Shown: positions 1 to 10,376, counted from the stretch's first letter. The stretch is DNA of 64,000 nucleotides from Methanobacteriota archaeon (GCA_963769885.1 CAVYNH010000007.1:64001-128000), one strand, 5' to 3'. The notes: a model not told the origin generated them from the sequence alone. A program made the numbers and translations.

Positions 1-220
1 CTGGGAAGGCAATCCCTTCAGTTCTCACCGTGGCTACAATGATCCCACCGCGTGATCCATACACACCCATCACATTATCCCAGACGATGCCCTTCCCCGC
101 CTGCTGTGGGGCGGCGGTGCTATGTGTTCTTGTGGTTGCGAGGACGGTGCTCGCGGGTAAAATCATGAGCGCTGCAGTGAGTAAGACTACGGCCTCTCGT
201 AATATCTTTTTCTTATTCAT
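1..220 (-). CDS. Secreted protein, N-terminal part (runs off window)
   Basis: ATG at 220 with GGAGGAG RBS; reads MNKKKILREAVVLLTAALMILPASTVLA (signal peptide); not in ORF track. Confidence 0.7.
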   Translation of the reverse strand, partial: MNKKKILREAVVLLTAALMILPASTVLATTRTHSTAAPQQAGKGIVWDNVMGVYGSRGGIIVATVRTEGIAFP

Positions 221-571
221 GGATAAATTCCTCCTCCGAAGTTATTGATAATTAAACCAGAGGTTCCTTAAAAATATATGCTTGTTGTTTTAAAATTGAT
301 ATTTAAAGATTGTGTTACGGTGTGTCAATTGTCCATGATTGTCACGCTTGCCAGCGATCAGGCTTATATGTCTATGTGTGGTACGAAATTTTTTCCAATC
401 GCGGCTTGTGGGTCCCATCTTCTTTCCATCTTTTCTCTTTCTCCAGTGTTGGTTAAAATTCCTTCAATTCGTGAAATTCTTCTCAATAATTATTGCGCGC
501 TGTGGTCTGGAAATAAAGAGAATACGCCCAAATCGGGTATTTTTGCAAAAGGCTAGACGGCCTGTTGTTAT

Positions 572-1270
572 CAGTAGCGGCCGGGAATACTGCGTGGTCT
601 GAACCGCAGTGAAGACCCGCAGATGAGAGGCCGCTCGTCGTCTTTTTCTCACAACACTCGTTACATTTTTTGTCGCGGCGGGCAGGCGTCCGCCTGCCCC
701 TTTACCGCGCGACAGGAGTACAAAAACTTATGGAGAGTGTATCGAGCGGCAGCTCTAAAAAGGTTGCGGGTGACACCCGCAACAACTGGGTGACCATGAT
801 GTTCCCGACACACAAAAGGTACCGGAACTTCCGAAAACAAAGCCACATCGACACCTGCACCCAGGCGTTCCACGACCTGGAACGCCTTGGGTTCGAGTTC
901 GGCGAATTCGGATTCGCCGAAACCCATGTACATCTCCAGGTCAACGTTCCCAAGCGGTACTCCATTGAAACCGCTGAGATTATTCTCAAGTCTTACACCT
1001 CCCGGAGAATGTTCCAGGCTCACCCCGGGTTCCACAAACGCTACCCCCGCGGGGGATTCTGGAGCGGGTACGAGCACCACGAGTCCACCGGATTGACCAG
1101 CCTTGATGAATCCTCAGCCTACCTACGCGATCAGCAACACCATCACAACGTGACCATCATCGACAACCGACAACAACGCCTGACCGCCGAGTGAGATACG
1201 GCAATGCCCAAGAGGGCTTGCCGAGGAACGAAGGCGGAACGGGGTCATAGGGGCGCAGCCCCTATTTCAT
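572..1270 (+). mobile_element. IS200/IS605-family element (tnpA only), copy 1, 699 bp
   Basis: Four copies share ends TTAT|CAGTAGCGG...CCCCTATTTCAT; terminal hairpins; no terminal inverted repeats or target duplication. Confidence 0.95.
730..1194 (+). CDS. tnpA: Y1 HUH transposase TnpA
   Basis: HVH HUH motif, FWS.GY, catalytic YxxxQ (AYLRDQ); AGGAG RBS before ATG 730. Confidence 0.95.
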   Translation: MESVSSGSSKKVAGDTRNNWVTMMFPTHKRYRNFRKQSHIDTCTQAFHDLERLGFEFGEFGFAETHVHLQVNVPKRYSIETAEIILKSYTSRRMFQAHPGFHKRYPRGGFWSGYEHHESTGLTSLDESSAYLRDQQHHHNVTIIDNRQQRLTAE

Positions 1271-1387
1271 TCACTCCCTTGCTTTGGATTTTTTCATTTA
1301 TAAGACTGGTTTCGCATAAAATATTAATATCATTTCTGTCTTTATAAGCATAAAATTCAAGGACAAAATGTCGGGGGTTACTGTAGA

Positions 1388-2440
1388 ATGAAGGAAATAA
1401 AAGTCCTTGGCGCTGGCCCCGCTGGCTTAACGGCAGCCATCAATTTGGCAAAAGAGGGATATCAAGTCACAATCTTTGAGAAAGAAAAAGAATGCGGAAT
1501 GCGTTTTAACGGTGATTTCCAAGGCATCGAAAATTGGTCATCCCAAGTCGATGTATTAGACGATTTGAATCTCATGAATATAAAGACCAACTTTTACTTT
1601 GACCCAATTAGGAACTGCGAGATTTATGATCCAGATCTTAAAAAAAGAGAAATCAGGTTCAACAAACCTGCGCTCTATATGGTAAGACGAGGCGATATGA
1701 CGGAAAGTCTGGATCTTGGGTTAAAAGAGCAAGCACTAGCGCGAGGAGTCAAAATCGTTTTCAACAAAAAAGCTACACAAGAAGAAGCGGATATCATTGC
1801 AGGCGGACCAATGGGACCAGTTAAGATAGACGGGATAGCACGAGGAATTGTATTTGACACAGAAATGGAAGACACATTATTATTGATTATTGATGATAAT
1901 ATTGCGCCAAAGGGCTATGCATATCTAGTGATTAAACATGGAAAAGGCTGCCTGACAACTGTTTTATTCAAAAATTTTAAGGATGCAAAAATATATTTTG
2001 ATAGGGCATTTGAGCGATTCTGCAAAATAAAAAGTCTGAGTATAACTAATAGGAAAGATTTTGGTGGTATCGGAAATTTTTTTCTTAGGAAAAACTACGA
2101 AGATAATGGCAAGCTAATTGTTGGTGAGGCTGCTGGATTGCAAGATTTTTTATTTGGTTTTGGCATGAGATATGCAATTACCTCAGGATATTTAGCCGCG
2201 AAAAGTATCGTGGAAAACACAAGCTACGATACTTTAATAAAACAACAATTAGGCACTCAACTAAGAATATCTATTTCAAACAGATTTTTGTTCAACTTGT
2301 TGGGCAATAGAGGCTACAAGGCGCTGTTAAAAAGGGGACAGGAAATCGATCAGCCTCTGGAAAGAATCCGTCAGCAGTATGCCCCCTCTCTTATGAAAGA
2401 ATTGATTCTGCCAATTGGAAGAATTGCTTTTAACAAATAG
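1388..2440 (+). CDS. FAD-dependent oxidoreductase, geranylgeranyl reductase-like
   Basis: GAGPAG Rossmann motif; VGEAAG...GFGM motif. Confidence 0.8.
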   Translation: MKEIKVLGAGPAGLTAAINLAKEGYQVTIFEKEKECGMRFNGDFQGIENWSSQVDVLDDLNLMNIKTNFYFDPIRNCEIYDPDLKKREIRFNKPALYMVRRGDMTESLDLGLKEQALARGVKIVFNKKATQEEADIIAGGPMGPVKIDGIARGIVFDTEMEDTLLLIIDDNIAPKGYAYLVIKHGKGCLTTVLFKNFKDAKIYFDRAFERFCKIKSLSITNRKDFGGIGNFFLRKNYEDNGKLIVGEAAGLQDFLFGFGMRYAITSGYLAAKSIVENTSYDTLIKQQLGTQLRISISNRFLFNLLGNRGYKALLKRGQEIDQPLERIRQQYAPSLMKELILPIGRIAFNK

Positions 2441-2482
2441 GCAAGGCAGGTAGGGAAGTAACCGTCTCAACGCTTTTTGTAT

Positions 2483-2610
2483 CGACAGCGACTGAGTAAT
2501 CGGCGCGGTCTGAACCGCAGTGAAGACCCGCAGATGACAGGCCGCGCGTTATCTTTTTCACGCAACACTCGAGACTCGTTTTTTGCCGTGGCAGGTGAAC
2601 AAAAACCTAC
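2483..2610 (+). mobile_element. Degenerate left-end remnant of the IS200 element
   Basis: GGTCTGAACCGCAGTGAAGACCCGCAGATGA matches the IS left end; no tnpA follows. Confidence 0.8.
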
Positions 2611-2669
2611 CTCATTCCCGCCGCTTAGAAAAAAATTTTTTCACTTCTGCCTCATATGAAGAATTATTT

Positions 2670-3852
2670 CTAGTTGTCTCTGAGATGTTCTCCTGAGAGA
2701 ATATCCTCTTCGAGCAGCGCCTTCTTCTCTGTGGGAGCCGTATAGTCAAACTCCCGGAGCGCGAAGCCCCACTGGCTCTCTACCGTCTTCTTCATGGAAT
2801 CCGAGTAGGTGTAGTGGTCGGTGTGGATTGTCTTCTGGGTGGTCAAATATTCTTTGAAAACCGGCTCTACTTGGGTGTAGCCTGCGATGTTGAATTTGTA
2901 GTAGAGACTATGGACGGTCCGCAGAGGCTGTCTGATGAATGTCTCGTACCGCACTTCAGCCAGATTCTCCTTGGGGATTCGGTCCTTGTCCTGAAGGTAT
3001 TTCTTGGTCATCTGCGCGCAGAGTGCGACCATGTGCGGCTCTACCTCCCTCCAGGGCGGCGGGGTCTGCACGCAATAAAGGGGGATGACCTTGATGATGA
3101 ACTTCTTCATCGACATGTAGAGATCGTACGGGTTCCGGTAGCAGTAGATGAATTTCGCGTCCGGGAACATCTCGAGCAGGTGGGGGATTTTCCCGGTGTT
3201 GTCCTGGTTTTTAAGGATGAGTTGTTTCCCGTGATGGTACATGGTTATTTTCTTCAGAAGCCGCAGATAGGTCTGTTTCCAGTCCTCGATGGTCTGCGGT
3301 GAGGCGTGGTCCATGCAGACGTAGTCGTTGTAGTGCTGCATGTTCTTGGGGAAGCACCAGCCGTGGTAGTAGGAATAGGGTGAGAGAGATCCCATCGCGT
3401 AGATGTCTTCTTGGGGGAGGTCGGCGGAGAGGTCGCCGTCGTCCATGGGCCGTTTGCTGGGCAGGCTTTTGACGACGATGGGTTTGAAGAATTTTTCGCC
3501 GCTGATGAAGATGGAGGGGGATGAGAGTCTGGTAGGTAGAGAAGTAGCCGAATTGGGGGTCTCGGGTGAGGATGTTGTGCAGGTAGGTAGTGCCGGTGCG
3601 CTAGTGGCCGATGATGAAGATCGGGTCTTTCGTAATCGAGGTGTGGGCGATAGGTTTGTCGTATGCAGCTCGTTCTCTGAGGTAGAAGGGGACCATAAGG
3701 CTACTCAGGGCGAGGCTGTAGGTGAAGCGGGCGGCGTAGCGCGGGCTGATGTTAAAGCGGTTTTGTGCGAGGATTCGGAAAAGGTTGGGGAGGGTATAGC
3801 CGGCGAGCGGGGTGTAGGTGACCACCGTGTTCTTGGTGAGGTCGAATTCCAT
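2670..3852 (-). pseudogene. Sulfotransferase family protein, interrupted by in-frame TAG and +1 frameshift
   Basis: PIFIIGH*RTGTTYLH PAPS-binding motif with TAG (3601-3603) at the usual Trp; extra C in a C5 run near 3518; C-terminal part has LKN, YRNP and RYE motifs. Confidence 0.8.
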
Positions 3853-4224
3853 CTGACACGCGGGTAGTCCTTGGAGGTATATAAGTGATATGATGGAGGC
3901 ATCAGCCTGAGGTTTCCTTCAGGCGGCCGGCAATGGACTCGTTGAATGAGGGAAGAACGGCGGTTTCTAGAAGGATGCAGACGTCGTGAGCTGGGGAGTG
4001 GTGAACCTGATGGTATCCGCCGTCGTCCTCCGGCCCTGAAGAACCACCGGAAAACGATTCGGGGTGAGACCCGAGTTTTCGCTCGCGTCAGTCGTAGTAT
4101 TCAGTGTAGCACCGCTGTCAATTCCTTCTGAGACTCTTCCTTCAGATTGTTCGATGACTTAATATAAAGTCGTCTCAGGCGACTCCATCGGGATGGGAGC
4201 TTCTCGGTGTCGCCTGGAAAATAA

Positions 4225-5160
4225 TTACATGACGAGGGTAATGTCAAGTTTCATTGCCAATTCTTTGTACCGATTCCGTATCGTGACCTCGGTCACCCCA
4301 GCGACGTCTGCGACCTCACGCTGGGTCCGGCGTTCTCCGCACAGTACCGAGGCGATGTACATCGAGGCTGCCGCAAGGCCGGTCGGCCCGCGTCCACTCG
4401 TCAATTCATGATTCGCGGCACGCTCAAGAATCTCCAGGGTCTTGGTTTGAACGCCGTTGCTGAGTTTGAGCACACTGCAGAACCGGGCGATGTAATCCTT
4501 TGGTATGGTCGGCATGAGCCTAAGTTCCAGCTCCCGGGAGACAAAGCGGTAGTTCCGACCGATTTCCTTGCGGGGCAACCGCGTGGCCAGGCTCACTTCA
4601 TCAAGCGTGCGGGGAACGTGGCATTGCCGGCATGCGGCATAGAGCGATGCGGCCGTGATCCCTTCGATGCTCCGGCCTCGGACAAGGTTCTTGAAGGCGG
4701 CTTTCCGGTAGATCATCGCCGCGGTTTCGCGAACGGACCGAGGAAGCCCCATCCCTGAAGAATAGCGGTCGATCTCGGTCAAGGCGAGGGCGAGATTCCT
4801 CTCTGTGGCATCGCTGATTCGGATCCGCCGCTGCCATTTTCGGAGACGATAGAGCTGGGCCCGGCTTCGTGCAGGGATGCGCCTCCCGTAGGCGTCTCGG
4901 TTGGTCCATCCGATGGTCGTGCTGAGTCCCTTGTCATGCATGGTGTAGGACATCGGGGCCCCGGTCCGAGAACGCTTCTCGCGTTGTTCGCTGTCAAACG
5001 CCCGCCATTCTGGGCCATGGTCGATGATGTCTGAATCAAGGACGAGCCCGCAATTCCCGCACACCAGTTCAGCCCGAGAGTAATCGCTTCTCAGATGTCC
5101 GCTCCCGCAATCAGGACAGCTGATGATCTCTTCTATTGCATGTTTGGTCTTTTTCTTCAA
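4225..5160 (-). CDS. tfb: Transcription initiation factor IIB (TFB), paralog 1
   Basis: CPDC/CGNC Zn ribbon, GPEWRAF, two cyclin repeats, [13 protein letters not shown]; start at TTG 5160 inferred by comparison with paralog 2. Confidence 0.95.
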   Translation of the reverse strand: MKKKTKHAIEEIISCPDCGSGHLRSDYSRAELVCGNCGLVLDSDIIDHGPEWRAFDSEQREKRSRTGAPMSYTMHDKGLSTTIGWTNRDAYGRRIPARSRAQLYRLRKWQRRIRISDATERNLALALTEIDRYSSGMGLPRSVRETAAMIYRKAAFKNLVRGRSIEGITAASLYAACRQCHVPRTLDEVSLATRLPRKEIGRNYRFVSRELELRLMPTIPKDYIARFCSVLKLSNGVQTKTLEILERAANHELTSGRGPTGLAAASMYIASVLCGERRTQREVADVAGVTEVTIRNRYKELAMKLDITLVM

Positions 5161-5712
5161 GGCGTTTATCCTGATGCAGGTATCAATGGGCCATGCATGG
5201 TTCCCGGAGGTCTTGGATGCGTAGAAAAAAAACACAAGCATCTCACACGATTGCTATGAGAAAACCACGGTTTCTTCTCTGCCTATAAGTAATACCGGTT
5301 TCCTCCTTTATATGACTTTGTCTCTTTGGATGTGTATTGCACATGGTGTCTTGGACCCTTTCTGTAATAAAAGTCAAATACTTGGGTTGATGAAAAGCTG
5401 GGTTTGCGAGCGTCGGATGCATTGTTCACTGGCGAAGCGGCAGGATCTGGGCTGAAGGCGAGGAGAACAAGGAAACAACGTTTCACTTCCTTCTCTTTCG
5501 ACTTCAAATAAGGCAAAATGAAAAATAATTTGAGATATGAAATCAACTCCAAGTTTTTCCTTAACAACGCATCCTCAGAACCCCGTCGCCTTGCAGCGCA
5601 TACTGCATCCTGGATCCGTTTCTCTGAGCGGTTAGGCAGTGGCACTGTTTCATTTTTTACTAACAAATAAAGATGCTGACTTAACAATAACCGAGTGTGC
5701 ATCCATTCTTAT

Positions 5713-6405
5713 CAGTAGCGGCCGGGAATACTGCGCGGTCTGAACAACAGTGAAGACCCGCGGATGAAAGGCCGCTCGTCGTCTTTTTCTCAAAACACAC
5801 GTTACGTTTTTTGTCGCGGCGGGCAGGCGTCCGCCTGCCCCTTTACCGCGCGACAGGAGATCAAAAACTTATGGATGATGTATCGAGCGGTAGCTCTAAA
5901 AAGGTTGCGGGTGACACCCGCAACAACTGGGTGACCCTGATGTTTGTGACCAAGAACCGCTACAACTGCTTCAGGAAACAAAGCCACATCGACACCTGCA
6001 GCCAGGCGTTCCATGACCTAGAACGCCATGGGTTCGGCGAACTCGGGTTCGCCGAAGACCATGTCCACCTCCAGGTCAACGTCCCGAAACGGTACTCCCT
6101 CCAAGCCGCTGAGACCATGCTGAAATCCCACAGTGCTAAGAGGATGTTCGAGGTGCACCCCGGGTTCCGCAAACGCTACCCGCGTGGTGGATTCTGGAGC
6201 GGGTACGAGCACCACGAGTCCACCGGGTTGACCAGCCTTGATGAATCCTCAGCCTACCTACGCGATCAGCAACACCATCACAACGTGACCATCATCGACG
6301 ACCGACAACGGCGCCTGACCGCCGAGTGAGATACGGCAATGCCCAAGAGGGCTTGCCGAGGAACGAAGGCGGAACGGGGTCATAGGGGCGAAGCCCCTAT
6401 TTCAT
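5713..6405 (+). mobile_element. IS200 element copy 2 (divergent isoform, 693 bp)
   Basis: Same TTAT| left and TTTCAT right ends; divergent middle with a 6-bp deletion. Confidence 0.95.
5871..6329 (+). CDS. tnpA: Y1 HUH transposase TnpA
   Basis: DHVHL, FWSGY and AYLRDQ motifs. Confidence 0.93.
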   Translation: MDDVSSGSSKKVAGDTRNNWVTLMFVTKNRYNCFRKQSHIDTCSQAFHDLERHGFGELGFAEDHVHLQVNVPKRYSLQAAETMLKSHSAKRMFEVHPGFRKRYPRGGFWSGYEHHESTGLTSLDESSAYLRDQQHHHNVTIIDDRQRRLTAE

Positions 6406-6430
6406 TTTACTATCATCCACATATTTTCAT

Positions 6431-6898
6431 TCATCGAACAATCAACACTTGTGATGAGGCATGACGAGACACCTTTTCACATACGCTCCCCAGCAATATA
6501 TGATCAAGTCCGGTCATCCCTTTACAGCCCATCACGATAAGATCATCTTTTTTCCCTTCCTTGATGATAGCCTCTTCGGGGAATCCTTCGACGAGTTTCT
6601 TACTTACGGACACACCTGCTGATTTTCCCATTTTTGCCACATCGTCAAGGACTTCTTTTCCTTGTTTTGTTAAAATGGCTTCCCATGAGAGTGACACGTC
6701 ATCATAGGGGATCGTTCTAGTTAAACGAGGAGTATCTACAACATAGAGGGCGACAATTCCCACTCCGTTTAATTTAGCCAAGGAGATCGCTTTCTTCACC
6801 GCCTTGGTTGCATAACTTGATCCATCAACAGCTACGATAATACGGTGGAAATCTTCACTGCGCTTTTTTTCAACATGCCCTTTTTTCACATCAATCAC
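6431..6898 (-). CDS. Universal stress protein (USP)
   Basis: IIVAVDGS; LIVMGCKG...LLGSV. Confidence 0.92.
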   Translation of the reverse strand: MIDVKKGHVEKKRSEDFHRIIVAVDGSSYATKAVKKAISLAKLNGVGIVALYVVDTPRLTRTIPYDDVSLSWEAILTKQGKEVLDDVAKMGKSAGVSVSKKLVEGFPEEAIIKEGKKDDLIVMGCKGMTGLDHILLGSVCEKVSRHASSQVLIVR

Positions 6899-6950
6899 CT
6901 ATTGCACTTTAGTTTTCACTACTGACAATACAAATTCCCAACAATTTCTT

Positions 6951-7057
6951 CTTTAAAAACATATCCTAAAAACCGTATACAAGACAGAGGATACTGCGTC
7001 CAAGATCCGTTTCCCTGGACATTCAAGCAGTGACACAGGATTGGGCTCGTGATTGGC
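6951..7057. repeat. R repeat 1: 27-bp TATA-like motif plus IS200-left-end-like hairpin
   Basis: CTTTAAAAACATATCC...GATACTGCGTCCAAGATCCGTTTCC...CAAGCAGTGACAC. Confidence 0.85.
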
Positions 7058-7091
7058 TGCTGAATTTGTGAATAAAAAAACCAATGATTAT

Positions 7092-7337
7092 TTATTCATC
7101 AGGATTAGAGTATTGTTTGCCAAAGTCATCTTTTTGTTTTTGTGTTTTATCAACGATCTTAGCTTTAGGGTCATCAAATTCGTTGCCACATTTCATACAT
7201 ATATATTTTGGTGTCTTTCTTCTTCTAATATAAATCTGAATACTTTCACATTTTGGGCACACTGCAATAAAATCCTTTGCTATTTGACGATATTTATCAT
7301 GTGATCGTTCAGCGAATTTATCTTTTTCTTTTATCAA
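7092..7337 (-). CDS. Small Zn-ribbon protein
   Basis: CPKC and CMKC motifs; start uncertain. Confidence 0.7.
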   Translation of the reverse strand: MIKEKDKFAERSHDKYRQIAKDFIAVCPKCESIQIYIRRRKTPKYICMKCGNEFDDPKAKIVDKTQKQKDDFGKQYSNPDE

Positions 7338-7394
7338 AATTTAATCGCCGATGTTGATATTTTTCGTATCCTTATAAAGGCATCTATATGGGTG

Positions 7395-7452
7395 GCGTCC
7401 TAAATCCGTTTCCCTTGGCGGTCAAGCAAGTAACACGGTTTTTGTGATTGGC
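7395..7452. repeat. R repeat 2 (hairpin core)
   Basis: GCGTCCTAAATCCGTTTCCCTTGGCGGTCAAGCAAGTAACACGG. Confidence 0.8.
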
Positions 7453-7545
7453 ATGCCCTGGCCATTTCATTGAAGGCTCTGTTGAATCAAGATGTGTTGA
7501 AAACATGGATTGTTGAATTATGGTTGATAAGGACAGTATACGCAT

Positions 7546-7650
7546 TCATTCATAGGAAACATGTTTTTGTTTTCTCTTTCTCCTCTGTTCCTTTCTTTCC
7601 TTCTTTGTTAAAGGCTTCGATTTCTTTTCCGGAGATATATCTTTACTCAT
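7546..7650 (-). CDS. 34-aa Lys/Arg-rich peptide
   Basis: MSKDISPEKKSKPLTKKERKEQRRKRKQKHVSYE; GGAAGGTGA RBS and TTTTTAAA TATA box upstream. Confidence 0.6.
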   Translation of the reverse strand: MSKDISPEKKSKPLTKKERKEQRRKRKQKHVSYE

Positions 7651-7746
7651 GTCACCTTCCTCCTTTTTCCAAAAACAATTCCTTCTTTAAAAACCTATAC
7701 CTCTTATATGGGTTTTTTCTGAGGCATCCACCTGACCCTTTACGGG

Positions 7747-7998
7747 CTATACTTCTATTGCATGCATCAATGCTTCTTCGGGTGTTATCTCTTTGATCCG
7801 CTCTTCTTTCACCCATCTATTGAATGTGGATTCTTCTATAGGAAATTCAAAATCCCTTTTATCATTGAAAATTCGTAGACTATAGACACCCCTATTTTTC
7901 CCTCTTTCAAACTCATATAATACTGCAAATGTGAGAGTTATTTTGTCTCTTAATTGAAATTCGTAATAATGCCCAACTTTAAGTTGTAAATTTGACAT
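7747..7998 (-). CDS. Hypothetical protein
   Basis: Open frame with protein-like composition; TATA-like motif near 8040. Confidence 0.6.
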   Translation of the reverse strand: MSNLQLKVGHYYEFQLRDKITLTFAVLYEFERGKNRGVYSLRIFNDKRDFEFPIEESTFNRWVKEERIKEITPEEALMHAIEV

Positions 7999-8072
7999 CA
8001 GATGTCTCTCTCAAATTACAAATTCAAAACATCTCTTTCTTTAAAAATCTACCCTTGTCCCTCTTCCAAGAA

Positions 8073-8172
8073 ATGAATTGCCCGGCTTTCCCCCGGAGGA
8101 AGAAAACGCCTGAGGACGTATTACGATTCAGCTCCGGGCGATTCATCCCCAAACTAAGGCATGGGGATTTCT
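8073..8172. mobile_element. Putative MITE or end of an IS605/IS1341-like element
   Basis: Inverted repeat ATGAATTGCCCGG/CCGGGCGATTCAT plus a CCCCA...TGGGG hairpin matching 49948-49979 (28/32). Confidence 0.5.
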
Positions 8173-8546
8173 TGCTTAAGGGACGCTTAAAGAAAGAATG
8201 TAAGGGATGAGGGCTGGATGAGGAGAGGGTTTATGTCCTATTAATGGGATACACTCTTAAAAAGAGGACCCATCATCCCTAGTGTCTTCTTTTCGTTGTG
8301 GTCATTGTTAGCTTGAATTTTTTTTCAAGTCCCTATCAATTTCCGATGTCAGTAATGCATAACAGTATTTAAATGTATGTACAAAATGAGTAATCATGTG
8401 CAAATTGTAATTATTTTTATTTAAGAAATCATACTTTTACTTATACATGAACACTGCCTGTGCAGCATCATTGTTATATACTAGTTAAATACTATTGTGT
8501 AGGTATATTAAAAAATAAGTAACTAATACAAGGGAGGTTGACACCT

Positions 8547-8720
8547 ATGGTGAAACGAACAACAATCAGTCTTTCAACAGAAGAAATCAAAGAATTGAGG
8601 ACGTTAGCAAAAAAAGAACATAGGCCCATTAGCCGTCAGATTGTATACATGATGGAGTACTATAAAAAAAATAGTGAGAATACCATCGTAAAAAAAACCA
8701 TTAATTACCATCCTCAGTAA
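8547..8720 (+). CDS. Ribbon-helix-helix (CopG/Arc-like) protein
   Basis: KRTTISLS...ELRTLAKKEHRPISRQI pattern; GGAGG RBS. Confidence 0.7.
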   Translation: MVKRTTISLSTEEIKELRTLAKKEHRPISRQIVYMMEYYKKNSENTIVKKTINYHPQ

Positions 8721-8893
8721 AGGGAAGAAAGAATTTCTTTGGAGAGGGTGATGAATCCTTTCTGGCTTAATTTCTTGCTCGACGTGTAAATCTGTTTTTG
8801 ACTTTTCCTCAGATGCTGGCCTATTTCGCGAATTTCAGTCGTGCCTGAAGCAAGTTCGCTGAGGATCCGGAGCTCTTTTTAAGAAAACCGCAA
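8712..8893 (-). pseudogene. Truncated winged-HTH protein fragment
   Basis: KELRILSELASGTTEIREIGQHLRKSQKQIYTSSKKLSQKGFI; 5' end disrupted. Confidence 0.45.
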
Positions 8894-8945
8894 ATTCCGA
8901 AAATATGAGAATTACTTGTATATCTTTCTCATTTTTTCGGAAATC

Positions 8946-9075
8946 TTACGCCCGCATCGAGATACTGTCACCGAGATAGCGCTATATTCATGGACTCTTC
9001 TTCTGTTGAGGATTTTTAGGTGCGAGTTTTCGAATCGTGTTTTGGTACTTGGAAACAGCCATGGAATCTGGCAAT
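8946..9075 (-). repeat. tRNA-Arg 3'-end repeat (att-like) plus type-A arm
   Basis: TTACGCCCGCATCGAGAT matches 24885-24902 at 17/18; arm shared with 10112 and 21691. Confidence 0.85.
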
Positions 9076-9330
9076 TTAGTTACTCATGTTTTACGGTAAT
9101 CGCTGTAAAAAAGAAAAGAAAAAAAAGAGGAAGGGAGGATTAAATAGTTCTTTTGTTCTGGTGAAGAACGATATCCAAACCCCTCTCCGTTCTACGTTAT
9201 TTCAGATCTTGCTATCCTATCCATCTTCCTCCTATTTAGAGTATCTTATTTTCTTTAATCTCTGATAGGAATGTTTAAGTAGTTCCTTGTATAATACATA
9301 TACATATGCAATTGCATGAGATGATGTATT

Positions 9331-9477
9331 ATGATAAGAATGACGTTTTCAATTTCTAACAACCTGAAAAAAAAACTCGATTCCAAACCGGATGTCAATT
9401 GGCCTGAAGTCTTGAAGGAAAGACTCAAGAAGAGAGTAGAACTCTTGGAAAAACTGCATGAACAAGGAGAAATTTAA
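9331..9477 (+). CDS. RHH-type antitoxin-like protein 1 (48 aa)
   Basis: MIRMTFSISNNLKKKLDSKPDVNWPEVLKE; below ORF-track size cutoff. Confidence 0.7.
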   Translation: MIRMTFSISNNLKKKLDSKPDVNWPEVLKERLKKRVELLEKLHEQGEI

Positions 9478-9478
9478 T

Positions 9479-9781
9479 ATGGCATGCATTACAATTTCTG
9501 TTGATAAAACATTTAAAAATAGACTCCATCAATTTTCCTGGATAAATTGGTCTGAAATTGCAAGAGAAGAACTGCTGAAACGATATCTCTTTGAAAAATA
9601 CATGAAAACAGGAGAACTATCCAAAGACGAGGAACGATTCTGCGACCAGATCGATTGGCACCCTGTCGATGAACTTCCGATAAAAAAAGAATTCATTAAA
9701 AAGATAGGGGAAATTCGAAAAGGAGCATCCTCAAAACCAATGAAACCGGATCAAGTCAAGCAGTGGCTTCAGGAGCTATGA
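9479..9781 (+). CDS. RHH-type antitoxin-like protein 2
   Basis: MACITISVDKTFKNRL...INWSEIAREE; overlaps toxin start. Confidence 0.75.
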   Translation: MACITISVDKTFKNRLHQFSWINWSEIAREELLKRYLFEKYMKTGELSKDEERFCDQIDWHPVDELPIKKEFIKKIGEIRKGASSKPMKPDQVKQWLQEL

Positions 9782-10053
9782 GCTTCGCCATCATTATCTC
9801 TAATGAGTTGAAGAAGACATTGGTGACGATGAAAAGGAAGGACCAAAGGATGTTTCAAATGGTGAGTAAGAAAATAGTGCAAATTGCGTCCTCGGATTCT
9901 CTTGCCATCCAACATTACAAGAATCTACGCAGCCCGTTGAACGACTATAAACGCGTTCATATAGGAAGCTATGTCCTTCTCTTCCGAGTCCAAGCAGAGC
10001 ACATCATCTTTGAAGCACTTGAACACCACGATCAAGTCTATCAAATGAAATAG
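9778..10053 (+). CDS. RelE/ParE/YafQ-family toxin
   Basis: YKNLRSPLNDYKRVHIGSYVLLF...HHDQVY. Confidence 0.85.
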   Translation: MSFAIIISNELKKTLVTMKRKDQRMFQMVSKKIVQIASSDSLAIQHYKNLRSPLNDYKRVHIGSYVLLFRVQAEHIIFEALEHHDQVYQMK

Positions 10054-10230
10054 GGACTTTGCCCCTATGACGCCTTTGCCTTTATTTCTTTTCTTTGCTG
10101 GTTTTGATTAGGATACTGTCACCGAGATAGCGCTACATTCATGTGATCTTCTTCTGTTGGGAATTTTATGGCATGGGTTTTCGAATCGTGTTTTTGTAGT
10201 TGGAAACAGTAATGGAATCTGCCAACGAAG
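10045..10230. repeat. Inverted IS200 right end fused to type-A arm
   Basis: ATGAAATAGGGACTTTGCCCCTATGAC then GATACTGTCACCGAGATAGCGCTACATTCAT; same composite at 21622. Confidence 0.8.
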
Positions 10231-10376
10231 ACGAGTTTTAAGGAAACAGGATCCACCCATTTCATTAAATGTAATTCCTCTCTCTTAGGATTATGAATCA
10301 GGCTAATTAGTACTATATAGAGTTGACGGTACAATGTCGAAATTAATTTATAGATTGGTATCTATTGAGAGAGTAG

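Noticed and set aside
661-1096. Antisense and alternate-frame ORFs inside the IS copies
   Set aside because: Shadow ORFs of tnpA, repeated only because the IS is repeated
4085-4125. Possible additional IS left end on the minus strand (GACAGCGG...GAATACTACG)
   Set aside because: Similarity too short to support by eye
5283-5702. 139-aa ORF upstream of tfb
   Set aside because: No recognisable motifs or RBS; likely intergenic
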